In this document: piece after piece, positions 22,952-35,324 of the stretch | Numbering within the stretch: the first letter of the stretch is position 1 | Layout of the letters: each line of letters opens with the position of its first letter | Origin: Dictyostelium fasciculatum | Lineage: Eukaryota | Assembly: GCF_000203815.1 (NCBI RefSeq) | Contig: NW_004457695.1 | Coordinates: 1,360,054 to 1,424,053 of the forward strand | Direction: 5' to 3' | DNA: 64,000 bases | Notes under the pieces: generated by a model | Told to the model about the DNA's origin: nothing | What the model saw: only the letters and a program-made list of their open reading frames with translations | The model's database searches: none | Position numbers and translations under genes: made by a program

Positions 22952-24887
22952 TATTATTCTCTAATTCCTTTCCTTTCTCTCTCTCTCTCTCTCTGACTCT
23001 ATCTATCTCTTTATTGTATTTGTTGATGATGATATAATTTATAAATTAAAAACAGACAAACAAAAAGATCCAAACCACCCAAATGATGATGATCCAATCA
23101 AGCACCTTTTCGAGAGGCTTTTTTAATTTAATTTTTTTTAAAATTGGGTATCTTCATCATTGCCGTCGGGTCAGAATTCCGTCAAATGTATATTCATCCA
23201 TCACAATCATATCATCCATTATCTAATTGTTAAATATATATTTAAAACATACCAAATTGTTTGTAATAAGATGTGGAGAGATTGCATGTTGTGTTTTACA
23301 TGTTGTTACATGCTTTTCTGAACCCAAAGTAAGCAAACAATTTAATTTTGTGGTCTGAGAGGGCAAACAGACAATCTAGTAGGTAGTAATAAGTGGCATG
23401 TATGCGATACAAGATTGAATGAAGATACCCTTCAGTAGATGAAGAAAAGACAAAATTGATTGTGGAGCCTTCAACGAATGAAGAGATCATCTGTACAAAC
23501 AATGAACTGATACTCTCTACTTACCACATGACTGCCGTCACATTGCAATGAATCATGAAACTACGATACGACCTTTTATGTGGTAAGTGGAGAGTATCAG
23601 TAGTAGTATGATGTATCATCATCAATCCTCCAATTAAAAAAGGTATGTACTTTATAAAGTCTCATTCACCCAATCATTCTAGATAATTATCAATCTTTTT
23701 TTCTTGCACACCTCATCATGCCCAGAGAAGAGTTGGTATCATCAATTATGAGACTCTGGTTGCGTATTATGAGTAAGTGTGTTGTTTGAACATCATGTGA
23801 TGTGATGCAGACAGATGAGAGAGTGTGTAGAATGAAAGCGATGTTATCTTCTCATCTCGTCGCTTTCCGATGGGATTCTTTTTTTTTTTAATTAAAATTG
23901 GTGCTGTGGGGGTCGTGTACGATACGGAGGGAGGGACGGTTTTCATAATGATATTATTAAATAGGGTTATATATATATATTATAGTATTTGTTTGTTCGT
24001 CGTCGTTGTCGTTGTTGTCTCACACCTCCTTCTTTAGATCACGTCGACGAATAGATTACCAGTAGGTAGTAGTTGCAATGCTACTTTGAATCATTGCCAT
24101 TATAGTTCAAACCCAGATAGATATATACACACAGCGAGCTAGTAAACCAACAACAACCCTTTATCTGAAAGAAAACCAATAATCGTTTAAAAGGTAAATC
24201 TCTCTCTCTCTTTCTCTCTTTCTCTCCTAAACTAAAACACACACATGAACCTTTAAAGATATCATAGAAAGCTCCCCCTCAACAAAGATTATTAGATTAG
24301 TTAGTTAATTTAGCAAAAGCAAAAGCAAAAGAGAATGAATAAAAGAAAGAATGAGAAGAAGAAAGAAAGAGATCGATCACGATTACTCTTTTGATCAAAA
24401 GTGTGTGGTGATAACCCTCTAACCTAACCACACGGTTACCGTTACCAGTACTGGCTTGTCCACCCCCACTCATTTCACCAATCCAATCCCCCAACCCCCA
24501 TACCTCCCCATCAATACCCCCTCCTTCCCTATCATTCCAACATTAAATTTAAATCATCATAAACAAATAAAGAAGGTGAAAGAAAGGAAAAGGATAATAG
24601 GTTATTTTTAAATTGAACTAGAAAAATAATAATTTATTACTGATCTGCTGGCTGGCTGGCTGCTCATCACCACCTCTATAAATATATCCCAACTTAACCT
24701 AAAAGAAAGATTTAAAATCCATTAAACCAAACAAGTAAATTCACTCATCATCATCATCAACATCATCATCAATAATTCATTTAAATACCAATATTTTAAT
24801 TATTATTATTATTATTATTTAATTCATTCCAACCTTTTTATTTATTTATTTATTATCTTCCTTTTTATTTCTAGAGAGAGAGAGAAT

Positions 24888-26288
24888 ATGGTAAAATATC
24901 GAAACCATTTGAAATCGGTTGCAGTTGATCAATGGAGAGATAAATATCTAGACTATGAATATTTGAAATCATTGTTGGAGAATGAATACAAGAATGCACC
25001 ACCATCACTTAATGAAGACACTCATTCAAATATGATGAATATTAGAGGTGGTGGTGGAGGTGGAGGTGGAGGTGCCAACAGCAGTGGACTGCTCAACCGC
25101 AGAAAACTACTGCATCAACTCATGTCGTCTCCCAACTCGTCTAGACGAATCATTAATGACGATGAACATCCAGCCGCCACATCGGCCACACCAGTAGTAT
25201 CACCAAACACCGCCGGAAAAAAGCGACACCAACGAAAAGATAGTGACGGAGTAGACAGCGACAATGACGACATTGAGCTGCAAGTATTAAACCAACTCAG
25301 TCAATCGATGATGAGCAACAAATCGACCATGTCATCACCAACATTGTACAGTCACAGTCAAGGTGGATTCAGTAGTGGTCATTTAGATGAAATGGTCCTC
25401 AAATCTCCAACATTAGATGCAGATGAACATGTCATTGAAAGAGTTTTAGATGATAGTGATAATAGTGATCATCATGAACAACAAGAAGAACAAGATATGA
25501 TGGATGAAGCTGGAAATGAAGATCAAGATGAAGATCAAGATAGTAGTCCAGAAGCCAAATCACCATTAAATCTTGTTAAAACTCCTTTATTAAATTCATC
25601 AACTTCATCAACTTCTTCAACTCATCATCATCGTCAGAACCATAAAAGTCAAAAGAAAAAGAATCAAAAACAACATTCAAGAAGATCATCTCTAACTAAT
25701 AGTAATCATGGTAGTAGCCAAGATCTTTATGAACAAACGCAGAAAAAACAAGAACAATCAAATCATTTACATTTACCACAAATCAAAGAGATTGTACCAC
25801 TTTCATTGGAGGAAACAGCATTTTCAAAAGAACCAAGTCCTGTTCATTTATCACCTGTTTTAAATTCATCTTCTCCTCTTCCTCCACCTCCTCCATCTTC
25901 TTTAAATGTTTCACGTCAACAACAACAACATGTGAGATATGCAATGACATCTCGTCCACAATCACCAGCATCACCAAGATCACCACAAATGGCATCTGTC
26001 ATTCGTCCACCCTATCATAGCGGCAATCAACGTCATCATTCCATCTCTATTCCCGATACTACAGGTGTAGACAACAGACCAACATCCAATTCATTTGTAC
26101 CCATTGAAGATTTAATTAGAGGACCTGCCTATGATACTTGTGCTTCACCTCCAACCACTTTGATTCACGAACCAACCTTCCAAGAGGAATTTCTCTATCA
26201 ATTGGATAAAATCGATACCTTTTTCATTGAAAGATTTCATAAAATTAAATACAAGATTATAGATCATTGTAATATGATTCAATTTATT
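24888..26288 (+). CDS. SPX-EXS phosphate exporter (XPR1/PHO1-like), exon 1 (SPX domain with a roughly 300-aa low-complexity insert)
   Basis: MVKYRNHLKSVAVDQWRDKYLDYEYLKSLL is the SPX N-terminus. ...QLDKIDTFFIERFHKIKYKI is SPX subdomain 2. The donor GTAAGA is at 26289. Confidence 0.8.
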
Positions 26289-26370
26289 GTAAGAAAAAAG
26301 AAAAAAAAAAGAGTGGTAGATGGAAATATTATTATTATTATTATTTTACTAACATTTATATTTGTTTTAG

Positions 26371-26523
26371 AAAGCTCAATCTGATAAAAAAGTAAGAAAT
26401 TCTAGAAATATTTCATTTATAAAGGAAGGATTTCAAGATAATTATAGAGTTTTAATTATGTTATCATCATTTAGATTATTAAACAAAGAAGGTTTTGAAA
26501 AATTATTGGAAAAATATAAAAAG
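26371..26523 (+). CDS. XPR1-like exon 2
   Basis: ...LLNKEGFEKLLEKYKK matches the SPX motif GFRKILKKHDK. The donor is GTAGAA. Confidence 0.75.
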
Positions 26524-26622
26524 GTAGAAAAAATATATATATTAATATTATATATTAATAATAATAGTATTTATATTTATATTTATTATCTCCTTTTTTT
26601 TTTATACTCTACTCTTTTTTAG

Positions 26623-27072
26623 TGTAATAGTATATTGACAAATAGTTTAAAAGAAGAATTGGAAATGAAAATATTTTTTGATGAAGATGAGATTGGAAAA
26701 TTAATTCATCAAATTAAATATATTTATGCAAGATATTTCACTGGCAATGATAAGAGATTGGCAAAGAATGAATTACGATCACCTGTTGCTGGTGACAATA
26801 GAGGATTGGTATTTACGGTTGGTTTGCTTATTGGTTTTTGTATCATGTTGGGTGGACTTTCTATATACACCTATCATCAATACTATCCTCACGACAATCC
26901 ACCTCACAATGCCCCATTGGCTTGGTTGTTATTCCGTATCACTCTACTCCCTGTACTTTTAGGAACTCTATTTGCTCTTCAAACATTTATCTTTGAAAGA
27001 ACAAAAATCAACTATGTATTTATATTTCAATTAAAACCAGAATATTCAAGATCTTCTTTACTTTATTTTAAG
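26623..27072 (+). CDS. XPR1-like exon 3
   Basis: TM helices. The donor GTAAGG is at 27073. Confidence 0.75.
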
Positions 27073-27155
27073 GTAAGGGAAACAAAACAAAACAAATAAT
27101 TTAATTTAGTTTTTCTAATTTCTTTTTTTCTTTTTATTTTCTTTTTATTTTTTAG

Positions 27156-27684
27156 TTTGGATTAATATTTATATCATTTTGGTTATTATGTTTATATTTT
27201 TATATTGATACGACATCGACACCATCAAATATAAGAATATCACCAATTATATTCCCCATCTTGTTTATGATTACATCGGTAGTGGTGATTGCATTACCAT
27301 TCCCAGTGTTTGCACACAAGACTAGATTTTGGGCACTCAAGACATTTGGAAGAGTGTTGTGTGCTCCTTGGGTACGAGTCCATTTCAAGGATTTCTTCAT
27401 GTCTGTTCAATTGCTCAGTCTTGGTGACTTTTTCTTTAACATTCAATCCATGATTTGTATTTTCAACTACAATGCATTGGATCCAGAAGAATTGTCATTT
27501 TGCTATTCTACCAGCTTCCTTGCTCTACCCATCCTCAATGGTCTCCCCTACTATCTCCGTATCATGCAATGTTTTAGAAGATACTATGAAACTAGATGTT
27601 TCTTTCCTCATATTACAAGTGCCATTCGTTCAATGTTTTCTTTAGTTACTTTAGTACTTGCTTATCTTGCTTTATTAATTAAAC
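27156..27684 (+). CDS. XPR1-like exon 4 (EXS domain)
   Basis: TRFWALKTFGRVLCAPWVRVHFKDFFMSVQLLSL...RIMQCFRRYYETR matches the XPR1 EXS region. The donor is GTAAAG. Confidence 0.8.
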
Positions 27685-27758
27685 GTAAAGAAATAGAAAA
27701 AAAATAGAAAAGAAAATAGATTCGAACAAAAGATATTAATTTTATTCTATTTATTTAG

Positions 27759-27928
27759 ATGATGCAAAATGGAATGAAATTAAAACTATTTGGTTTTTCC
27801 TTAGTATTGTTGGTAGTTTATATAAATGGTACGCTGATATGGCTGTTGATTGGGGTTTCTTATTATCACCATCAACCAATAAATTTTGGCCACTTCGAGA
27901 GAAATTAGTATTTTCAAAATATAAATTT
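27759..27928 (+). CDS. XPR1-like exon 5
   Basis: DAKWNEIKTIWFFLSIVGSLYKWYADMAVDWGFL resembles XPR1 WDLKMDWGLF. The donor is GTAAGA. Confidence 0.8.
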
Positions 27929-27999
27929 GTAAGAATTCAAATCAAATCAAATCAAATGAATGATTGTTGAGATATTAATATTTTCTTTTTTCTTTTTAG

Positions 28000-28521
28000 A
28001 TTTATTATATAGCAATGGTATTGGATTTATTCCTTAGATATTTATGGTTATTGGTATTTTTAATTAGAGATAATACATCACATCGTCTTGATAATCCATT
28101 ATTCCTTTTCTTCTTGTCAATGGGTGAAGTATTTTGGGCGACACAGTTTATATTCTTTAGAGTAGAATCTGAACATTGTCAAACCGCCGATAAATACAGT
28201 GTCTATCATGACATTCCAATGCCATTCACTCAAGAATATAATAATTATTTGGATTCAAAGAAAATTAATCAAAATCAAAGTAGTTATAATAATCAAAGTA
28301 ATAATAATAATAATCAAAATAATAATACATCTATTAATACTCCAACTCAAAATGATAATAATAATAATATTAATAACAGTAACAATAATAATAATATTCA
28401 TAATAGTGATAGTATTAATAGTTTAAAAAATACTAATAATAGTGATAATTATACTCCAAGTTCCAATTCATCAACATTATCTCTCTTGGATAATACAAAT
28501 AATAATAGTAATAATAATTAA
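28000..28521 (+). CDS. XPR1-like terminal exon with a polyN tail
   Basis: IYYIAMVLDLFLRYLWLL resembles XPR1 YYYCAIIEDVILRFAW. Confidence 0.8.
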   Translation: MYYIAMVLDLFLRYLWLLVFLIRDNTSHRLDNPLFLFFLSMGEVFWATQFIFFRVESEHCQTADKYSVYHDIPMPFTQEYNNYLDSKKINQNQSSYNNQSNNNNNQNNNTSINTPTQNDNNNNINNSNNNNNIHNSDSINSLKNTNNSDNYTPSSNSSTLSLLDNTNNNSNNN

Positions 28522-29010
28522 AAAAAAGTAAAACCTTTACCTTTTAAACAACTCCCTCCCCTCCCAAAAGAAAGAAATTCACAAAATTAATCACAAAGAT
28601 CGGGTTCATCTATAAATGTATTGAAATCCAAAACAAAAAGTATAACCTCGAAGATAAATAAATTCATTCCTTTTTTAAATTGTGACATCATCAAAAAAAA
28701 GAGATAAAAATCAAGATCTTATGATGACAACAATCTCTTGGAATAAGAACAAGTTTTTTCAAAGTGTTAATGGAACAAGCACAAAACCCACACACAGACA
28801 TTCTTCTACTTTTCAATTGAGCTGTCGATATGACACTACAAAATAGGCAATTTCGTTCGACAGTCGTAATACGATTAACGATAAAAGACCACCACTTCTC
28901 CGACTGCAAAATAAATCATTTTCATTCATACCATCCTAGTTGCACAATAGTTGTAATTTTATTTATATATAAAAATAAAGAGACAGAGATAGATATAGAT
29001 AAAGATAGAG

Positions 29011-29279
29011 ATGAAATCACCAATAGAATTATACTTTGATAATAGTAATATTAGAAACATTGAAATACTTGAACAATGTCCTACCATGTACAAACAAGAC
29101 GAAAGAGAAAATATAGAAAAGGATGTTAAATTTGAAGAATCACATGGTGCCTCCTCGATTGATAGTCCATCGATAACCAATCATGCTACCTTTGAAACAT
29201 CATTTATTCTAACCAATTCACATATAATGAATTACTATGCTGCTTATCAAAGAGTAGATTTGGATTTACCAACTAAAAG
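29011..29279 (+). CDS. Alpha/beta-hydrolase ABHD1/ABHD3-like (YheT-type), exon 1
   Basis: The N-terminal region. The donor GTAAAT is at 29280. Confidence 0.7.
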
Positions 29280-29349
29280 GTAAATAGAAGATACCTATAT
29301 ACCTATATACCTATATACCTATGCCTATACTAAATCTATCTATTTATAG

Positions 29350-29472
29350 AGAAACATTTATAATGTCAGATGGAGGAACTATATCAGTTAATTGGTTTGA
29401 ACTTGGAGAATACAATGATGATACACCAACTATATTAATACTACATGGATTGACTGGAGGGTATCATGAAAG
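29350..29472 (+). CDS. ABHD-like exon 2
   Basis: DGGTISVNWFELGEYNDDTPTILILHGLTGGYHE is the HGLTGGSHE box of the ABHD1/3 family. The donor is GTATGT. Confidence 0.8.
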
Positions 29473-29566
29473 GTATGTATCTCATAGAATTACAATTACA
29501 ATTACAAAGTTGGTTTGACTACTACCAATCATTATTTTTAATATTAATATTGAATCAACTCAAAAG

Positions 29567-30107
29567 GTACGTTCAACATTTTGCACAATATGCACATCAA
29601 AAGTCTGGTTATAGATCATTGGTTTTCAATTATAGAGGATGTGCTGGTAATGAGGTGACAGCAGACAAGATTTATTGTGCCAACTTTTTGGATGACTTGA
29701 AATGGGTTGTTGAATGGCTCAAACAAAGATTACCAAATACCAAGTTGTTTTTACTTGGCTTTTCTTTGGGAGCATCGATCTTGGTCAACTATCTTAGTAG
29801 TGCTGGTGACACATCTCCATTTGTGGCACATTGCAGTATCAGTAATCCATTGGATATGAAGAAATGTGGTGACAATCTCAAATCAACAATGATCAACCAA
29901 CAATTCTACAACCAAAGTTTGGCCAACAACTTGATCGATCTTTTCCAACGTTGGGGTAATCGTTTGGATTCATTTGCAACACTGGAACAATTGAAAAAGG
30001 CTCGTTCCATTAAAGATGTAGATGATATGGTAACTAGTAAAGTACATGGTTATAAAGATGCCGATGATTATTATGAACATGCTTCAAGTTGTAATCATAT
30101 TGAATTT
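29567..30107 (+). CDS. ABHD-like exon 3 (GxSxG nucleophile elbow)
   Basis: GYRSLVFNYRGCAG...LLGFSLGASILVNYL. The donor GTAAAT is at 30108. Confidence 0.8.
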
Positions 30108-30190
30108 GTAAATATATATCAACAAAATTAAATAGATAGATAGATAGAAAGTATTTTTAATACTCTTTTTCTCTTTTTCTCTATTTTTAG

Positions 30191-30403
30191 ATTAAAAAAC
30201 CTACATTATTTATAAATGCAAGAGATGATCCTATTAGTCCTGGTAGTGCAATACCCTTTTCTAAAATCAAAAACAATCCAAATACGATACTCGCATGCAC
30301 CAAGTATGGAGGACATTTAGGATTCATGTACAATCTTCACAAAAACCAACCATCATGGTCCGATCAAATCACTGTAGAATACTTTAATACCTTTTTGAAA
30401 TAA
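30191..30403 (+). CDS. ABHD-like terminal exon
   Basis: INARDDPISPGS...ILACTKYGGHLGF contains the catalytic Asp/His region. Confidence 0.8.
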   Translation: MKKPTLFINARDDPISPGSAIPFSKIKNNPNTILACTKYGGHLGFMYNLHKNQPSWSDQITVEYFNTFLK

Positions 30404-31555
30404 ATAAATTATACTAATCATTAATTTAAATAAGTATGTTGTTTGTTGTTTGTTTGTCCCTCCAAAGACACATTATGAGAATGTACATGATTCGTTCATT
30501 CAAAGCAGAAACCGTTGTAAATATCGAGCTCCAATGATCTGCAGTGGACAAGACGACGACGAAATTAATCGTCATAACCATATGATGGGCCGAGGTTGCA
30601 AGGGTACAAAGTTGTTTTGAAAAAAATAGTTTTGCAAGACCTTCTTTTTCAACCAAAATCGGGGGGATAATACCCTTTTCAATGGTTGCCCACCTCAGTG
30701 AGTCGTATGGTGGGTATCAAGTCAATTGAATTGGGTTCAACACAATACATCCATCTGTCCCTTCCTTCCCTCCCCTCTCTCTCTCTCTTTTAGAATAGTG
30801 ATAGACAAAGAAAGAAAGAGAGAGACTATTCTAGAAGAATCCATCATATATAAATAAAATATATTTTGTTAACAAATCGCATAGCAGGGGGAGATCCAAA
30901 GATTAAAAATAACCCAAACCTTGCACAAAGTCAAGTTTTATTTTAGCTAAAACCTAGAAAGAGAAAGAAAGAAAAAGATTTATACAGAAACTACTATATA
31001 TCTGTATCGTCGATATCATTCATATCTGGTTTGAAGCAGAAGCACAAGAAGGTTTTTTTATAGTTCTCATCTCAACCCAACCACACACCTCACCTCCTCT
31101 CTCAACCACCACCTTTGTATTCATTTTAATTTTGAGTCACAACAACCCATTACCTCATCATCCTCATCCTTCATCATCAACAAACACCTCTATATCATAT
31201 ATATAATCCATATCCCCCAACAACACAACAACAACTATAAATTATATATTTAAAATTTATGTATACTAGTCAACAACAACAACAACACAACCGCAACAAC
31301 AACAACTTTTAATTCAACTGGTTTATAGAGAGTAGAGAGTGTAGAGTGTAGTGAGTGTTTCCACAGCAAGCAGCCTCTCCTGCCCCTAACCAGTTCGAGT
31401 TACTTAGTTAGTTCCTACTACACAACTCCTATATATTTATATTATAATTATTATTATATATCTTCTCCTTCATCCTCCCCCTGTATTATAGTCTATCTAT
31501 CTAACAACAACAACAACAACCAGTCATATATCTTATTTTTGACTGGTATTTCTCA

Positions 31556-31593
<38 letters not shown>

Positions 31594-31688
31594 CATACAT
31601 AACATAAACATACCGTTAGTCAAAGAAGAAGAAGAAGAAGATTATACTATAAGAAGAATAGAGAGAAAAGAGAGATAGATAGCAAAGA

Positions 31689-32727
31689 ATGAGTCACCCT
31701 TTGAGTCATTCGGCGCCACTGATACCGCATCACCAACAACATGTGGAGCATGCACTCCCACCACATATACTGCCGTATGGCTCAATGCCGCCACAACAAA
31801 TAAGCTCTCCAACGGGCACACCGATCGGGATGAATGTAAATGGCATGCATACACCTCCCATGAACCATGGTCACATGTTTCAACAACAACAACAACAGCA
31901 GCAACAGCAACAACAACAGCAACAGGCACCTGCCGTTGCTCATCATGGTGTTGGTGTTCAACAACAACATATTCAAAATAATAATCAAGGAGGTGGTCCA
32001 CACCCACAACAACAGCAACAACCTCAAATGGTTCATGTTGCACCAAATCAACAACAACAACAACAACAACAACAACAAATGATGCACCAAGATGCATTGA
32101 GACATCAACAACATCAACACCAACAATTTCAATTACATCAACAACAAATGCAACAGCAGCAAATACAACAACAGCAGCATCAATTACATCATTCTCAACA
32201 GTCACAACCGCAATCTCTGCCACCTCAACCCCAACCTCAATCTCAACCACAGCCACCACCACAACTTTCACAATCTACGTCTAGTGTTGTACAACAACAA
32301 CAACAACAACAACCAATAAATACATCTACGAATGGTGGTGGTCCTCCTACAGTGGTAATTCCATCAACTCCGACATCAATACCAATACAACCACCACCTC
32401 CACCAACACCTCAAACACCATCTACACCATCAATACCACCAACACCATCACTACCTATTCCTCAAACCCCTATAAGCACTACTAGCACAACCTCTACAAC
32501 TTCTACAGCAGCTTTGTTAGCACCAACGGTTGTCTTGACAGCCGAACAACAAAAACAACAAATACTTGGTGAAATTATGACAAAGTTGGCAGATTATTCA
32601 AAATATCATCTTAAAAGACCAAGTGATAACAATATAGGATTTTGGAAGGAATTTGTTGGAAAGTTTTATATGCCTGGAGGTATTTTCTCTCATACTGTTC
32701 ATTTGGATTCAAAATCTAGAACTTATG
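31689..32727 (+). CDS. LIM-domain-binding (LDB/Chip/SEUSS)-like transcriptional co-regulator, exon 1 (Q/P/H-rich N-terminus and start of the dimerisation domain)
   Basis: ...QILGEIMTKLADYSKYHLKRPSDNNIGFWKEFVGKFYMPGGIFSHTVHLDSKSRTY. The donor GTAAGA is at 32728. Confidence 0.6.
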
Positions 32728-32856
32728 GTAAGAAAAAGAAAAAGATGAAGAAGAAGAAGAGAAAGAAGAAGAAGAAGAAGAATCAAAATATTGAAACAAA
32801 AAAAAGAAAGAAACAAATTTGTTGACACTATTATTATTATTACTTTTTATTTATAG

Positions 32857-33023
32857 AATTAACATATGATGTTTTACCAAGATTCTATCAAGTTGCATAT
32901 GATGCTTGTATAAAAGATTTTTCATTTTCATTTGATGACCATAAAGCTGATCTCATTGAAGGCACATTGGCATATTTGGAATCAAATAGAGCAAGAGTTT
33001 TGCTTTTATTTGATCATTTACAA
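32857..33023 (+). CDS. LDB-like exon 2
   Basis: LTYDVLPRFYQVAYDACIKDFSFSFDDHKADLIEGTLAYLESNRARVLLLFDHLQ resembles the LDB1 dimerisation domain YLEFMFDDMMRIKTWHF. Confidence 0.6.
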
Positions 33024-33094
33024 GTATGAAAAACAGAGATAAAAAGATAAAAAGAAAATGAATATTCTTATTCTAATATTTTCTATTTCTATAG

Positions 33095-34973
33095 GTTCAT
33101 TTAGATGGAACAATGAGAGTATATTTAGTACCATCAACATTAAAAATTGTAAGACTTCACTTTGAAACGCTATGTTATCAGGAATTGATACCAAGACCAA
33201 CGGTAGAAAAGTTTTTGGTAGATAATCATATTAGCGCTCAAGCTTCGAAACTTTTAGAGTCGCTATCTCATTTGGCGCAGCAGACTTCACACAACTCTTC
33301 ATCTCAAGGGCCATCGCCCTTGGCCACTTTGGCTGCTCGGGCCGAGGAGTTGGTCAAATCCCCTGTAAATGAATATGGCGTACCCCCTCTTATGATGCGT
33401 TGCTACGAGATTGCAGATATATTCAACGACTTTGACTCTTTGATGGAATATATCAAGGACAACAAGGATTCGGAAAAGGAACCAAGACAAGCCTTGCAAG
33501 ATTTTGTAAATTTAAAACAACAACAATATCCTCAACAACCACAAAATAATCAACAAACGTCGGGGGCTGTACAAGGTAAGGTGAATAATAATAATAATAA
33601 TAATAATAATAGTAATAGTCAACAACAATCCCATCATCCTCCACATATTACAATACCTCAACATCATCACCATCAACCTGCTACTCAACTACCACCACAA
33701 CCACAACCACAAAATAGTCATCCATCTCATCACCAACAACAACCACCTCATTTCCAAGCTCCCGCTCCCCCTCCTCAACAACAGCCACCACAAACTCTAC
33801 AACAACAACAAGGACAACAAGGAGTTCTTACTCCACAACAACAACATCAAAACTATATAATACTACAACAACAGCAACAACAACAACAACAACAGAATTA
33901 CCATCATCATATACAGCAACAAATTCAACATCCACAAATGGTCGGACCACCTGGACAGCAGCAACAACAACAACAACAATTTATTCATCCTCAAATGAAC
34001 TTTTACCCATATCCACCACCTCATCCATCCCAACAATATCACAAGTATCCACCTCAAAATGGACACGAGATGCAACAGCCTGCAGCTCCTCCTCCACCTG
34101 CTCCACCCTCCCAACAACCGCAACCACAACCAACAGCAGCACAGGCAGCAGCGCCAGCACCACCACCAGCGGCAGCAACACCTGCTTCCATTCCAGCACC
34201 GCCACCACCCCACGGAGGCAAGATAAAGTTTGAAAATAATAACAAATTCATGACCAATCCTCAACAAAAGAGAGCGCCCCAGAAAAGCACCTCCTACTCT
34301 CTAGACGATAAAAAGACTCATCACTATGATGCATCGCATCATCATGGTCACGATGAAGAGAAAAAAACAAAGAAAAAGAAAACAAGTGCTGCCAATAATA
34401 ATAATAATAATAATAATAATAACTCGTCCCAACCAAATAGTACCTCTACAACACCAACTAGTGGTACTCCCTCTATATCATCTCAAAATCAATTAAATAA
34501 CTCGAATAATAATATACAACAACCACCTCTAAATCATCATCATCAACAACAACAACAACATCAATTACAACAACAACAACAACAACATCAACAACATCAA
34601 TTACAATTACAACATCAACAACAAATGCAACAACAACAACAACAAATGCAACAACAGTATTATCAACAACAATACACACAATCATATATGGTACAACAAC
34701 AACCTCCTCCTCCTCCTCCTCCCTCTGCACAGCAACAACAACAACAACAACAACCAACATTTCAAACCTTTTCATTTCAACCACCACAACAAAGTATAGA
34801 AAGTCCTCATGTAAATCAGCTAAAATCCTCCTCACAAGGTGGATCCTCACCAAAACTACAGGCTCCACAATTATTGAATGATCAACAACACCAACAACAA
34901 CAACAAAATAATTCACCAAACATTCATATACACAATTTTGAACCTACTCTTGAATCAATGGGAATTGATCAAA

Positions 34974-35004
<31 letters not shown>

Positions 35005-35185
35005 TATATCTGTAACATCTGTAGAATCACAACATCAACAACACCAACAACAACAACAATCAACCGATATGGAAAACCAACTACTTCCTGATACTTTTAA
35101 AAACAACCCAACTAGTAATAATAATAATAATAATAACAATAACAATAATAATTCACTTAAAAGAAGTTTGCAGCAAGTAGTATAA
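33095..35185 (+). CDS. LDB-like exon 3 (end of the conserved domain, then a long polyQ/N/P tail)
   Basis: VHLDGTMRVYLVPSTLKIVRLHFETLCYQELIPRPTVEKFL resembles LDB1 FSIRQHRELIPRSIL. Confidence 0.6.
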
Positions 35186-35324
35186 ACTAATCATTATATT
35201 ATATTATATATAAAACAACAACAAATAAATTATTTAAATTATTAAATTAATTTTTATTTTAACCATCAAAAAGGGATAGAAATATATATTTGTATAGAAA
35301 TAATAATAATAATTAATTCTTTTT

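Noticed and set aside
28691-28909. 72-aa minus-strand ORF between XPR1 and the ABHD gene
   Set aside because: It sits in a moderately GC-richer promoter region. It is short, has no conserved features and overlaps plausible upstream regulatory sequence of the ABHD gene.
31642-32271. Long minus-strand ORFs rich in V/L/H (209 aa and 116 aa) overlapping the LDB-like gene. Similar antisense ORFs occur at 33863-34267, 34473-34919, 12541-12747 and 10687-10878
   Set aside because: They are antisense readings of CAA/CAG/AAT repeats that encode polyQ/N on the true coding strand. Their compositionally biased translations are artefacts.
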